A stretch of 64,000 nucleotides of DNA from the human T2T-CHM13v2.0 reference genome, Homo sapiens. Under the pieces are notes generated by a model that saw nothing but the letters and a program-made list of their open reading frames with translations, was not told the origin of the DNA and did no database searches. Numbering within the stretch: position 1 is the first letter of the stretch; every line of letters starts with the position of its first letter. Where the stretch lies: assembly GCF_009914755.1 (NCBI RefSeq), contig NC_060929.1. One strand, 5' to 3'. Positions 1 to 24,355 of the stretch are shown here, in pieces. A program made the position numbers and the translations under genes.

Positions 1-864
1 TTTTGGCAGGAATACCTCTGAAATAACATTGTGTCCTTTCCTTTGCATCATATCAAAAATTACATTATGCCAACCCAGCATATCTCAGTATTGATAACAT
101 TAGCTTTTATCTTTTGGTTAAGGTGGTGTCCACAAAGTTATTCCACTTCAAAGTTACCATTTCCCCTTTGTTTGTTAATAAGTAATGTGTGGCAAGGTAT
201 TTTGAGACTACATAAATATACTGTTCCACACTAAACTTTCACTGTGGCATCCGTTAAGGTTTTTCTAAATATACCACTCCTTCTATATTTATTAGTTGAA
301 TTTTACATTCTTCTTCATTTCTTTCTTTATACATCCAGTTATTTATATCAGTATGAACTTATGGATTATTATTTTACTTAATGGATTATAACCTGTTAAC
401 GTTTATTTTCGTGGTTAAATTATCCAGATTTGGTCAGTGACAGTCCCTTCAAGCTGACTCCTGTGTCCTTTGGGCTCCTATGTTCTTTTAACATGTCCCC
501 TTAATTCTTTGACACTTTCTTTTCGGCATAAATTGTTTCAGGCCCTTCTTGTACTTTCTCTACCTTAGCCATGGAATCAGCCATTTCTTTGAGGATCCCT
601 GGTTCCTTTTAGTGGAGAGTGGTAGTATTTTAGAAACCAAGATCTGGGTACCAAATGTGTTTATCTCTATTGGTTTGTCATTACTTCTAGGACCTCTTAG
701 CAAACAGATATCTCTTCCTCTCTTTCTCTCTCTCATCAGTTTATATACATCTAATTCCAGTCCAACTTCACAAGGTGCATTCTAGTGTTCTTCTTTTGCA
801 CACGTACTTTTTTTTTTCCTTAACAGTCAGAAACCTGATTCTTATTATCCTCTATCTATCTATC

Positions 865-5005
<4,141 letters not shown>

Positions 5006-5029
5006 AGAGAATATATAGTTTGTTTCTTC

Positions 5030-6180
5030 TTTCTCTTATCCTCTTATGTAACATGGGATGTATTGACTTAATATCATAGTATGTAAATATTGTTAACTTT
5101 ACATGGTAGTATTTAAGTTACAGGCTATCAAGGAGACAAGTAAACATTACCCAAGGACTTTGCATTCTCTTCTGGGGAAAGGGTTGATGCATTTTCAGTT
5201 GTATGCAGAATACTGTGTAATATCAGGTGGAAGTATGAACTTGTTATTGTCTTTATTTGGAAGCATGGTTTAAGGAGATGCATATGGGTACCAAGCTGAC
5301 AAGTGATGGACTTGTGAGGGTTAACGTATCAACTTGGCTGGGCCTCAGTGTCCTGATAGTTGGTCAAACATTATTCTGGATGTTTCTGTGAAAGTGTTTT
5401 TGGATGAGATTAACCTTTACATCAGTAGACTTTGAGTAAAGCAGATTACCCTCCATAATGTGGGTAGGCCTTATCCAATCAGTTAAAGGCCTTAGGAGAA
5501 CAAAGACTGACCTCTTCCAAGCAAGAAGGAATTCTGCCAAACTGATTGTGTTTGGACTGAAACTACAACTCTTTCCTGAATCTCCAGCCTGCTGGCCTAC
5601 ACTGCAGATTTTGGACTTACCAAGTGTCTTAGTCCATCTTGTGTTGCTATGAAAGAATACCTAAGACTAGGTAATTTATTTTAAAAAAAAATTTATTTAG
5701 CTCACAATTCTGCAGGCTTGGTAGTTCAAAGGCGTGGCCCTGGCTTCTGGCAAGGACTTCTGCGCTGGGTCATAATCTGGCAGAAAAGGTCAAAGCGGAA
5801 GTAGACACATGCAAAGAGAGAAAACCCAAGGGGCATCCTGGCTTTATAACAACTTACTCTCACAGGAACTAATCCATTCCTGCAAGAACTAATCCAGTCC
5901 CACCAGAGTAAGAATTTACTCACTACCTTGAGGATGGTACCAAGACACCCACGAGGGTAAAGCCTCCATATCCCACACACCTCTCATTAGGCCCCACCTC
6001 CCAACACCACCACATGGGAACAAATTTCAACATGAGTTTTGGTAGGGACAAACAAACTGTATCCAAACCATAGCATTCCAAGTCTCATAATCACATTAGC
6101 CAATTCCCCAAAATAAACCTCTCTGTGTGTGTATGTATACACACTTTGTTAGTTCTTTTTCTCTGGAGAACTCTAATACA
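5030..6180 (+). mobile_element. ERVL internal 3' end (5030-5312) plus MLT2 LTR (5313-6180)
   Basis: PPT-like ccaagctgacaagtgatggact followed by TG; gagtaaagcagattaccctccataatgtgggt MLT2 motif; ends ctctggagaactctaataca. Confidence 0.8.
5625..6075 (-). mobile_element. MST-family MaLR LTR nested in the MLT2 LTR
   Basis: tgtcttagtccat...gttgctatgaaagaatacc ... caaaccatagca termini. Confidence 0.8.
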
Positions 6181-8423
6181 TTTCCTTACTTCATTCACGT
6201 CACTGCTAAAATGTTCTCTCCATAGGAGCACTTTTCTTGACCAAATTATTTAAAATATCCCCTTACCCATACTAACTCAATGCCCAGTTACTCTTCAACT
6301 TCTTACCTTGCTTTATTTTCCTTCATGGCATGTATTAGTATCTAAAATTGTGTGTGTGTGTTTACTCTTTTATTGACTTTACCTCCTTCACTAGAACATT
6401 AGCTCAATGAGACAGGAACTTTTTCTGTCCTGTTTACTAATGTATCCCCAGAACAGTGCCTGCTTCAATAATATCTGTTGAATGATTCAGTAGATTATAT
6501 ATGCACCATATATATATTTACATATATAATCAATATATGGCCTATAACCTGCTTTTTAAAATTTACAATATATCATATCTATAACGTGGATATCCTTACA
6601 TGTCAATACTCATAGATTAACCTTGTTCTTATTGGCTGCATAGTATTCCATTGTGTGAGATACTGGGATTTATTAACCAGTATCCTGTTGATAGTTATAT
6701 GGGCTATTTTTAACTTTTCACTTGGATGTTTTTTAAGTCACAATAAACATCCTTATGCGAATATCTTTATATACTTTGTGTGATAGGATAAATTAATAGA
6801 AATGAAATATCTGAGTGAAAATGGTTGTATCAACTTGCACCCTTATAAATTATTTCTATCCTTGCCCACACAATGGCAGATTATTAAATCTGTAGTGACA
6901 AGACCTTGAGACTGTATTCCAAGGAACTGAATGCATGTTTCAGGAGAGGGAGTTTCCCTTTCACTAGACATTTTTCTCATGCAGTTTCTAGCAGAGGTGC
7001 ACTAACAGAGGAAACTTTCATCTAGAAACCAATAAATAAAAATCAAATATTACAATCATTCAGACAATACTTGGAAGGGTACTGATCCAGAATTTCAACT
7101 ATAATTTTATCTGGTGGTATGGGACCAGACTGAAACACAGAAGCTGGAGGATATTGTCTATCAGGAAGTTTACTAAAAGGCTGGGTCTCCTCACAGGTCT
7201 ATCTGACTGCTCCATCTATTCTTTGCCGGCTCCCCTTTCTTTGCCTGCCCCTTGGTTGTGTTCACCAGTTTTTTGGCCTTAGCCCTCTTCTTTTCGTGCA
7301 TTTACTGCTTTCCTAGAGTGATCTCATTCATCTTATGGCTTCATGTACAACGGATATGCCAGTGACCTCCTAGTCTATATTGCCAGTCCAAACTTCCCTC
7401 TCTCAGAACCTTACATCCATCTTCCTGTTGACACCTTCACTTGCATAGCACAGGTATCAGCTAGCCCAAAATTTGTCTCATCCATCGTCCACCTGACTAT
7501 CCAAGACAGAAATCCCAGAGTCAGCCCAGGTAGTCATCTCCTTACATCCCATAGGTCACCAAATTCTACAGATACTCCATCAAAGTTTTACTCTTACTTT
7601 CTCCTCTTCTACCTCACTATCACTGCACCTTAATCTGAGTCTTTGTCTCTCCCTTGGCCGAATACTACAACTTCCTAAATGATTTCTCACCTCAGCCTTA
7701 TGTCTTCTGGGATCCATTTTCCACTCTCTAGACAGATGATCTTTCTAGAATTAAATAATATTATGCTGTTCTCATTCTTCAATGGCTCCCCCATTACCTA
7801 CAGATTACATTTAAATTCTTGAGTATGGCACCCATGCCCTCATGATCTGGTGCCTGCTTATGTCTCCAGTCTTGTCTGTCACTGAACAATCCATGCAGAT
7901 CATTCAATCCACTTATAATGAAGTTCCTGCAGTTTCTGAAAACACAAGCTAGTTTCATATTGTTATGCCTTGTCTGTACTTTCTGTCTGGTATAACTTTT
8001 CATTTTCCTGGTAAGAAATGTTTCTTTACAGACTCGGTAGGAAAGGTCACCTTATCTTTGGCTCCCTAATTTCCCTATAGAATTGCCAACTCCCTGTTGT
8101 AGCAGACACCGTTGGCTGCCTACCTAAGAGCATTCCTCTTTTTCTTTCCTCTTACCCAATAAGATCCCAGTTTTGTTAAGGCTACATGGCTCTATGCTCA
8201 GGGGACTGACCCAGTGATGGGTCTTCATCCCTCTAGGCCAGTGATTGGTTTAGCTATGCACGTGGGATACTATTCTAAGCAATGAGACATGAGGAAGGGT
8301 CTGCTAGAGAGCTTCTTCAAGGGGCTTCCTCTCTTGAAAAGACACAAAGTAGAGATGGCCCTTTCTTCTGTTGGACATTGTAGTTTTTGGATAAGTTGGA
8401 TTTCTGTCACTGCAACCAAATGA

Positions 8424-13095
<4,672 letters not shown>

Positions 13096-13929
13096 ACCCT
13101 TGGTTTTTCTCTTCTGCAAGCTATACCACCCCTCTCCCCTTCAGTTGCCCTCATCTGTCACATTCAAGAGGAGACACTTTTCTGGTTTTCATGTTTTTCT
13201 GAGTGTAGAGTGGTGGTTAAGCAGCCTGAACCCTCAGATAGTCTGAATTCGAATACTGGCACTGTCACTTAGTAGTTGTGTGTCATGGGCAAGTTATTTT
13301 CACCTCTGTAGCTTAAGTTTCTCTCTCTTGAAAATGAGGATAATAATAATGATACCTATCTCTTAGAGAAATTGTGAATGAGATAATTGAGACAGTACAA
13401 GTAAAACATTTAGTATAGCGCCTGGCCCTTAGTAAGCAATATGACTACTACCAGCAGTAATAATAAATAATAAGCCCTAAATTAAGCCCTAAAAATGAAA
13501 ATAAGAATAAAAGAAGTGGCAGAATGAGAAAAGCTAATCTAGTCCATTCCTGACGCTACAAACAAGGTTTGGTTGCCCCGATATGAAACTTTACATGCGT
13601 TTCATAGCAACTATCACTTTCAATGGTGGGTTTAGTGTCTTGCACAGGAGCCCAATAAGGCCAGGACCTTGTCTATCGTGTTAACTGTTGTGTTCTCTGT
13701 GCCCAGAACAGTGTCTTGCTCCCAGTAGAGTGAAAGAATGGACCAACACCGTCATGTCATGGAAGCGACTGGCCGACTTGGCTAAGGTTGTGCAGGGCTC
13801 CCAGGAGAGCTGGGGCAAGAACCAAGGGCTCCTCGGCAGCCAACACTAAGAATTAAATCGAGGCCCAGCCCTACAGTTTGGTGATTCGGGCAGGAGCAAA
13901 GGTATCCAGTAATACCGGGGTCAGCATTC

Positions 13930-14490
13930 CCACCGGGTGGCCTAAATGCCGGCTCCTGTTTTCTGGATGACGAGCCCGCGGAGAAGGTGGCTTAATGAGA
14001 GGCCGCGGGAGGGTGGGTGCCGGCACGTCGCTAAACTCCGCCTGCAATCCTTCGGGTTGGCTGCCAGCCAGGGCACGGTTCCGAGCCGGCCGGGGCTGAC
14101 TCCGGGAGCAGCGAACAGAAAACAACCTGGCTCCAGAAAGACAATTAACAAAGGCTGGAGACCAGCCACCCCCTCGCGGCGCACGCACGCAGGCAGCTGC
14201 GTGGGCATAGCCGCGCCCGCCAGCGCCCTCGGTGGGCACAGCCACCCGGAGCGGCGCGGGTGCCGGGAGCTGGGCGACGCGCCCCTCCTGCCCCGGCTGC
14301 GCTGTTGCCCGGGGGGCCGACCTCCGTGCGTGAGCGCCGGCAGGCACCTTGCGCGCGCGGGTGAGTCCGCTGGGCGTTTGGGGCCTGGTCAAGCAGGATG
14401 GGGCTGGAGAGGGGTGCAGGAAACAGCTGCTGGGAGGATCAGAAAAGGGAGGTGGGACAGAAAGGCAGGATGCGACGACCTCCCGGGTCC
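13930..14490. promoter_or_regulatory. ARHGEF37: CpG island / promoter of ARHGEF37
   Basis: Abrupt GC- and CpG-rich stretch (e.g. cgcggcgcacgcacgc, gcggcgcggg, gcgcgcgcgg) in an otherwise CpG-depleted window; contains a consensus splice donor. Confidence 0.9.
14230..14360 (+). other. ARHGEF37: Non-coding first exon (5' start approximate)
   Basis: Strong donor CGG|gtgagt at 14360/14361 inside the CpG island; the next exon has an acceptor 11 nt before the ATG. The TSS cannot be fixed from sequence. Confidence 0.75.
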
Positions 14491-15324
14491 CAACTTGCTT
14501 GGTAGCTAGCTTTGTGTCTTGAGCCTTATGAGAATGTAAGCCACCTGGTCCATATGGCCTACCCTAGTCGTTTTACAGGTGGGAAACTGAGGCCCAGGGA
14601 GGTTAGCCGGCCTGGAAAAACATTATTATTCTTTGTTCCTGTTTCTCTCTGCCTTCTTCCGTGCAGGATTTCAGACAGCTTTTAGAAAGAATGCATACAT
14701 TATAACAACGGAAAAATACAAACAATGGTAAAGAATCCTTGCCAAGCAAAATATAATTATGAATAGACAGTCAAGGCCAGGAAAAAAGAGAACAGAAATC
14801 CGTGATCCATAGGTGAGGTGACTTGGCTAAGGTCCCTCAGAAAAGTCGTGCCAAAGCTGGGACTAGAAGTCAGAACGTCCGGCTTCTGAACGCCAGAAAC
14901 TTACAGTGGGGAAGCAGACAGCCTGCCCAGGCACTGGTTCTTAACCTTCTAGGGGTCCCTGACCCCTTAGAGATCTGTGTCCACTCCCAGCAGAAGGGTT
15001 CACACAAAGCCTTGTGCACAGTTTGAGATTTGACATGAATTCCTGCTGTAAGGAATGCCTGCAGGCTGGTACTCAGGCAGGGTGGTTTCAGAGCACTTTC
15101 TTTGCTCCTTTGAAGGGAGGCAGCTGGTGGAGGAGTACCTGCTGTGCGTCCAGACAGCCAGCTGTGTGATCCAGGAAGCATAGTTTAACCTTTTCAAGGC
15201 CTAGTTTTATGTGTAGACGGGGGATGAGAGTGTCTGCTTCATCCTCCAGGTTATTGTCAGACTTAAGAATGAACATAAAGGCTAGTGCTTGACATAATAT
15301 ATGCTCAATAAAAGTGCTGACGAT

Positions 15325-15555
15325 TATAGGGTGACTATAGTTTACAATAATCTATTGTATATTTCAAAATAGCTAGAAGAGAATAATTTGAATGGTTCTA
15401 GCATAAAGAAAAGACAAATATTTAAAGTGATGGATATCCCAAGTACACTGATTTGATCTTTATAAATATATTAAAGTATCACAGGTACCCTGAAACTATG
15501 TACATCTATTATGTACACAGTTTAAAATTTAATTTAATTAATTAAAAAAAAAAGT
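15325..15555 (+). mobile_element. L1MA-type 3' end
   Basis: gtgactatagtttacaataat...atttcaaaatagctagaagaga...tgatggatatccc, A-rich tail. Confidence 0.75.
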
Positions 15556-15688
15556 GATGACACACAAAATCATCAAAGCTGTGGGAATTAGGAAAGGGTG
15601 ATGACCTGGAAGAAATTGGGCTGTATCTGAAATAAAATACAATTTAAAAAATTATAAACATGAAAAAATAAAGTCAGCCCTATTATGA

Positions 15689-16157
<469 letters not shown>

Positions 16158-17477
16158 TGAGCCACCGTGCCTGGCCTATAGAGTTTGTTTTTAAATGAGA
16201 GGAAAGAGGACATAAACTGGGACCTGAGCAGCACCCACCCTTATTCAGCAATAGAGCCTCAGCTGAATTTCTGCCAGGGAATAGGAGTTGCTGGCAGTTG
16301 GCTCACATCCCTCTTGGATCAGCAGATTACTGTGGTAAACAGTGCCTTGGTTGATTCTGCCCTAGATCAAATAAATGGCTTTTTATTTAACTAATGAGGT
16401 AGGGAATGTGTTTTCATGTGCTGTAACAGAAGCAAAATGGCATTTGTAGAGCTTGACTGTCCAAAGCCTATTGCTTGTTTATTAATAGGCTGAAGAATTT
16501 GTTTATTTGTTTGTTTATTTAGAGACAGGGTCTCCTCTGTCACCCAGGCTGAGTGCAGTGATGCAGTCACAACTCACTGCAGCCTCAACCGCCCAGGTTC
16601 AAGCAATCCTCCTGCCTCAGCCTTCTGAGTAGCTGGGACTACAGGCATATGCCACCACACCTGGCTAATTTTTTACTTTTTGTAGACACGGGGTCTTGCT
16701 ATATTGCCCACGCTGGTCATGAACTCCTGGATGCCAGTGATCCTCCCACCTCAGCCTCCCAAAGTGCTGGGATTACAGGCATGAGCCACTGTGCCCAGAG
16801 AATTTTATAATTCTAATAATTGTTATTATTTTCTTAATTCCCTAATACTGGAAGGCTCAAGAACTTTAAATCTATGGATCCAAACTTGTGATGACAGAGC
16901 CTGGGCAGACTCACTTATCTATAAAAATAACTGCTTTAAAAAAAAACTGTGTTGTCTCCTTCCTCTTTTGGAAGACCTTTTTAGGCCTTCCAAATAGAAC
17001 TGGGGAAATATGGCTAAGGACAAACAGCTGCTGTTTGATTTGGGTTAAGACACATACCACCTGTCCTTTCCATGTATTTATAAAGGGGAGTTTTTCCTCC
17101 AGGAAAGAGAGAGAGAATGTGTATGTCTGTCTGCGTATGGGAGAGGGGATGTCTGTTGCTGTCTTTCCGCCTCACTTCCAATCATTTATTTATCAACACA
17201 GAGAAGTCCTTTTCTGTAAGCACAGTGACTTGGAAAATTCCTTCCCTTTTTGGCTCTGTGGCTCTATTTTGTTTCACAGTAGTTTCTAAAATATTGGGAT
17301 GTTTTTTCTAATTTTGACTATAAACTGTTCTTTATATGTTTCTTTTCTTTTTCTTTTTTTTTTCTCTTGAGATGGAGTCTCGCTCTGTCGCCCAGGCTGG
17401 AGTGCAATGGCATGATCTCTGCTTACAATAACCTCCACCTCCTGGGTTCAAGTGATTCTCCTGCCTCAGCCTCCTGA

Positions 17478-17690
<213 letters not shown>

Positions 17691-17739
17691 TAGTTATATA
17701 ATGAGCAAGAGCCTCTTTCATTATTTAAACAATTTTTCT

Positions 17740-18260
17740 AAATGTTGTCCAAAGAATATATATGGGTGGCAAATAACCACTTGAAAAGATACTCAAGATC
17801 ATTACTCATTAGGGAAATGCACATTAAAACCACAGTGAAATATCACTTCATAACTATTAGGATGGCTAAAATGAAAAGATTGGCTCTACCAGATGTTGAC
17901 CAGAAGGTAGAGGAACTGGATCTCTTATATACCATTGGTTGCAATGTAAAATGGTACAACTACTTTCAAAAAGATCTTAGTTAAATACACACTTAACTTA
18001 TAAAGTTAAATATACACTTATCATGTTATCCGGAAACTTCACTCCTAGGTCCAGCTTTATTGTAATAGTGAAACAGGAAACAAACAGTTGTTTATTCAGT
18101 GTGTGAAGAGACAAATTGTGGTATATCCATATAACAGAATTCTGCTAAGCAATGGAAAGTAACGATGTATTGATACATGCTTCCATACGAATGGATCTCA
18201 AAATAATTTTTCTGAAAGAAAGCCCCAGGCAAAAAACACTACATAGTGCATACTGTATTA
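17740..18260 (+). mobile_element. Old L1 (L1ME-type) ORF2 end / 3' UTR
   Basis: Translation HLKRYSRSLLIREMHIKTTVKYHF resembles the L1 ORF2 C-terminus. Confidence 0.75.
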
Positions 18261-18277
18261 TTTATTTATTTATTTAG

Positions 18278-18607
<330 letters not shown>

Positions 18608-19177
18608 TGAACTCAAACTTTTTGGTGGCTTCCAAGAAGAACCAAGAGTTGTGTATGACCATATCAGTCTAACTCCAGTTGCAACAATGTCATTGACAAT
18701 TTGATATTTATTCTGCCAGTGTTTGCCCATGTCTTTCATTAATTAATTCAATTAATTGAGCACCAACTAAATGCTAGATCTAGAGTAAACACTAGGTAAT
18801 GCACTGATGAATAATAGACACATGATCCCTGCCCTCATGGAGTTTCCATTATTTTGAATGAAACTCTGAGTCATACAACAAATAGAATAAACAAAATAAT
18901 TATCATGGGAAAGGAGTGGTTCTTTTGAAGTGTGATGGAAATCAGTGATAGACTTGTCTGGGTTTCAAGCAGAGAAGTAAAGTGACAAATTTTATGTTTT
19001 TCTGTTTTTTGTTTTTGTTTTTGAGATGGAGTCTTGCTCTGTTGCTCAGGTTGTGCAGTGGCACAATCTCAGCTCACTGCAACTTCTGCCTCCCAGTTTC
19101 AAGTGATTCTCCTGCCTCAGCCTCCCGAGCTGGGACTACAGGCATGCACCACCATGCCTGGCTAATTTTTCTTTTAA

Positions 19178-19444
<267 letters not shown>

Positions 19445-20632
19445 TAATAAAACAAAACAGAGCCCAGAGGTGGACACTGATCAACACTCTTTGAATTTAG
19501 TAGTTTTATCACTTTTTAGTCCTTATTACTGTCCTGTCTCTGCCCTCTACACCAGCCTCCACCACTGCCTCTTATTCCATACATGTAAGTATGTCACAAG
19601 AGACTGACAACACCTTCCTGGTCCAGATACACTGGACTACAGCATTCCTTTGATCTACTGATCTAGTTGACTGTCAGTAAGAGAATGAGGAAACTCTGGC
19701 ATGACCAGTTTTTATTAAATTAGCCTATGCTGACTCCAGATGATCTCTGTTTCCCTTTCTAAGGGCTAATGAACTATTTGTTTTAATCAAGTGGCAGAAA
19801 TCCAGCTCAGAGTGGCTTAGGGAAAAGGGGGATGAGGAATAAAAATGTATTCACTCATATGAAAAAGGCAATCAGTCTCTATCATGGCTGAAATGAGTCA
19901 TGCCATCATTTCAGTCTCTCTCTCAGTCTCTCAGCTCTGTTTCTATGGTATTAGTCTTATTCTCAGTAAGGCTCTGATATATAGTTCTTCTTATTACTAT
20001 GATTAGCTGTTTATGGCACCTGCTTAAATATTATGCATCTAGATCGGCCATGTGTCTTTAGACAACTTCATACATCTGGTCAATGGTAATGCTACCCTTT
20101 CCATCTTAACAATAATAGAAGCAAAAAACCACAGCTACTATAATTGAGAGTTTACCATGTACCAGGCACTCTATTAAATATTTTACTTGGATTATCTTAG
20201 GAAATCTTATAACAACCCTGTAAGAAAGGTTATATAAATATCCTAGGAAAGCCAGCTAATGGATTGCAGAATCAGCATTTGAAATGACATTTTTCTGGCT
20301 CCAGGGCCTGGGCTCCTAACCTTCACCACACCTCTCACAATCAATCTTTAGGACTAAGAAGAGGAAAGCACTGCCACCAAATAGTGTGCCTCTCTCTTAC
20401 TTTTTCTGAACATCAGTCTTAAAATATGCTTGGTAGTGATAGTAGGGATGGGACTTTGGAAGTTATCCTTATAATTTTGTTGATTCCAGCTCTTTTGGGG
20501 GTTTTAGAGTTCTGGAAGCTCTTTGTACAGGATCCTCCCTTCTGACTATGGTGTCTATCTTTATAAACCAGGCTTGGTAGCCAGGGTCCCTATGTGCACA
20601 TTCTTGTTTCTGTAGGTCTTCCCTCCCTTTAG

Positions 20633-20872
<240 letters not shown>

Positions 20873-22087
20873 TGATCTGCCCGCCTTGGCCTCCCAAAGT
20901 GCTGGGATTACAGGCGTGAGCCACGGTGCCCGGCCTTTTTGTTTGTTTGTTTGTTTGTTTGTTTGTTTGTTTGCTTTGAGACAGAATCTTGCTCTGTCAG
21001 ATTTTCTTTCTTACAGGGTTGTTATAAGATTTCTTAAGATAATCCAAGTAAAATATTTAATAGAGTGCCTGCACTCCATGCCAGGCTGGAGTGCAGTGGC
21101 ATGATCTCAGCTCACAGCAACCTCTGCCTCCAAGGTTCAAGCAATTTTTGTGTCTCAGCCACCCAAGTAGCTGAGATTACAGGCGTGTGCTACCACGCCT
21201 GGCTAAGTTTTCATATTTTTTAGCAGAGATGGGGTTTTGCCATGTTGGCCAGGCTGGTCTCGAACTCCTGGCCTCATGTGATCTGCCCGCCTGACCTTCC
21301 AAAGTGCTGGGATTATGGGCATGAGCCACCATGCCCGGCCCCTTTATTCTTCAACAGGGTCCTTTGCTCTCATGATGTCTGAGCTTCACCTTTGACAGCT
21401 TTCTATGAACCATTCCTGGAGTCTGAGACCAGATTGTTTTCCTTTTCCCCCCCTTCCTTAAATGTTTAAATTGGCTCCTCCTGGGAGTAAGAAAGGGAAA
21501 GAAAAAAAATTAAAAATAAATAAATAAAATGGCTCCCCTTTAAAGCCTTGGGCAGCTAGCTGATGGATCCTCAACTTTCCCTGCCCAGACATTTTATCTT
21601 CTGAAAGAACTTTCAAATGATAATTTCACTTTCCCCAGGGATCAGCTTAGTTCCATTTTTCCATTCAGTTCCTCCAATTGGTCAAAACTAGGCCAGGCTC
21701 AGTGGCTCATGCCTGTTATCCCAGTGCACTAGGAGGCCAAGATGAGAGGATCACTTGAGGCCAGGAGTTAGAGACCAGCCTCGGAAACAAGTGAGACCCT
21801 GTCTCTACAAAAAGTTAGAAAATTAGCTGGGTATGGTGGCACATGTCTGCAGTCCCAGCTATGTGGGAGGGTTGCTTGAGCCCAGGATTGCATCACTGTG
21901 CTCCAGCCCTGGGTGACAGAGTGAGATCCTGTCTCTTAAAAAAAAAAAAAGTTTTGAATATTGTTTCCTCTTGTTACTTTTCTCTCTTGAAAGGGATTAA
22001 ATAATCAGGATGCCCATATCATTTTTTAAAAGTTTTATTATGTTTTTAATTGACACATAATGTTTTATTAATTAATTAATTAATTAA

Positions 22088-22406
<319 letters not shown>

Positions 22407-22549
22407 TGACTAATTTTTGTATTTTTAGTAGAGACAGGGTTTCACCATGTTTGCCAGGCTGGTCTTGAACTCCTGACCTCAGGTGATCCTCCCGACCTAA
22501 GGTGATCCTCCCGTCTTGGCCTCCCAAAGTGCTGGGATTACAGGTGTGA

Positions 22550-22786
<237 letters not shown>

Positions 22787-23043
22787 TAAATACCTTATCC
22801 TAATTGTAGACCCACTTTTTCCTGATCTTTGTATTTCTGGAATCCTGCAAAATGCTTGGCATGTAGTAGTTGCTCCAAATACTTGTTGAATGAATGTGGG
22901 AATGCCCAAATCCCTCTGTGCCAGTGTGAACAGAAGAGAGAGAAAAGAATTAACTCAGTTTTATTCTGTTCTAGAATCAGAAGCAGTAGCTTGCTGCAGA
23001 AGTATTAACTGCAGATCATTCAACTTTTTTTTTTTTTTTTTGA

Positions 23044-23151
<108 letters not shown>

Positions 23152-24355
23152 TAGCTGGGATTACAGGTGCACACCAACATGCCTGGCTAATTTTTGTATT
23201 TTTAGTAGAGACGAGGGTTCACCATGTTGGTCAGGCTGGTCTCGAACTCCTGACCTCGTGATTGGCCCACCTTGGCCTCCCAAAGTGTTGGGATTACAGG
23301 TGTGAGCCACCGCGTCTGGCCTGGCTATTTTATTCTTTTTTTTTTTTTTTGAGGCAGAATTTCACTCTTCTTGCCCAGGCTGGAGTGCAGTGGTGTGATC
23401 TTGGCTCTTGGCTTACTGCAACCTCTGCCTCCCAGGCAGAGAATGGCTGCCACCTCAGACTCCAGAGTAGCTGGGACTCCAGATGTGCACCACCACACCC
23501 GGCTAATTTTTTTGTATTTTTTATAGAGATGGGGTTTCACCACGTTGCCCACTGTGGTCTCAAACTCCTGAGCTAAAGTGATCCTCCCGCCTCGTCCTCC
23601 CAAAGTTCTGGGATTATAGGTGTGTTCTGTAATTTAATTGAGGTGGTGGCTACACCAATCTACACTTAATAAAATAGAATAGAACAATCAAACACAAACA
23701 TGTATTATACCAATGCCCATTTCCTGGTTTTGATGTTGTGCTATATTTAAATAAGATGTAACCACTGGGGAAACATGAGTGAATAGTACAGAGGACCTCT
23801 TTTAGTTCTTTTTTTCTTTTTTGAGACAGAGTCTCTCTCTGATGCCCAGGCTGCAGTGGCACAATCATGGCCATGCCTTGCATGGCTCTCTGTGGTCTCA
23901 ACCTCCTGGGCTCAAAACAGTCCTCCTGCCTCAGCCTCCTGAGGAGCTAGGACTTTTGTGTTCCATCTCAAAAAAAAAAAAAGTTGAATGTTCCAGAGTT
24001 AATACTTCTGCAGCAAGCTATTGCTTCTGCCCAGGCTGGTGTCAGACTCCTGAGCTCAGTCAATCCACCCACCTCGGCCTCCCAAAGTTTGAGGATTACA
24101 GGTGTGAGCCACCGTGCTCGGCCAGCCTTTGTCTTTTTTTAAGAGATGAGGTCTCTCTCTGTTGCCCAGGCTGGAGTGCAGTAGTGCCCTCATAGCTCAC
24201 TGCAGCCTTGAACTCCTGGACTCAAGTGATCCTCCCTCCTCAGCTTCCTGAGTAGCTGGGATGATAGGTGTGAGACCATTTGCCTGGCTTCTCCCAGGCT
24301 TTTAAGCTGCTTTGTCCTGAGAGTATTGCAAAGATAGTGAATAACTTAAGCTATA

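Noticed and set aside
13871-14392. 173-aa antisense ORF in the CpG island
   Set aside because: Expected in stop-poor GC-rich DNA; no recognisable domain
19888-19914. 9-bp hairpin overlapping a TGAGTCA AP-1 motif
   Set aside because: Too short to distinguish from chance without chromatin data
22475-22512. 19-bp tandem duplication in an Alu (also 12 bp at 17478-17501)
   Set aside because: Ordinary slippage duplications
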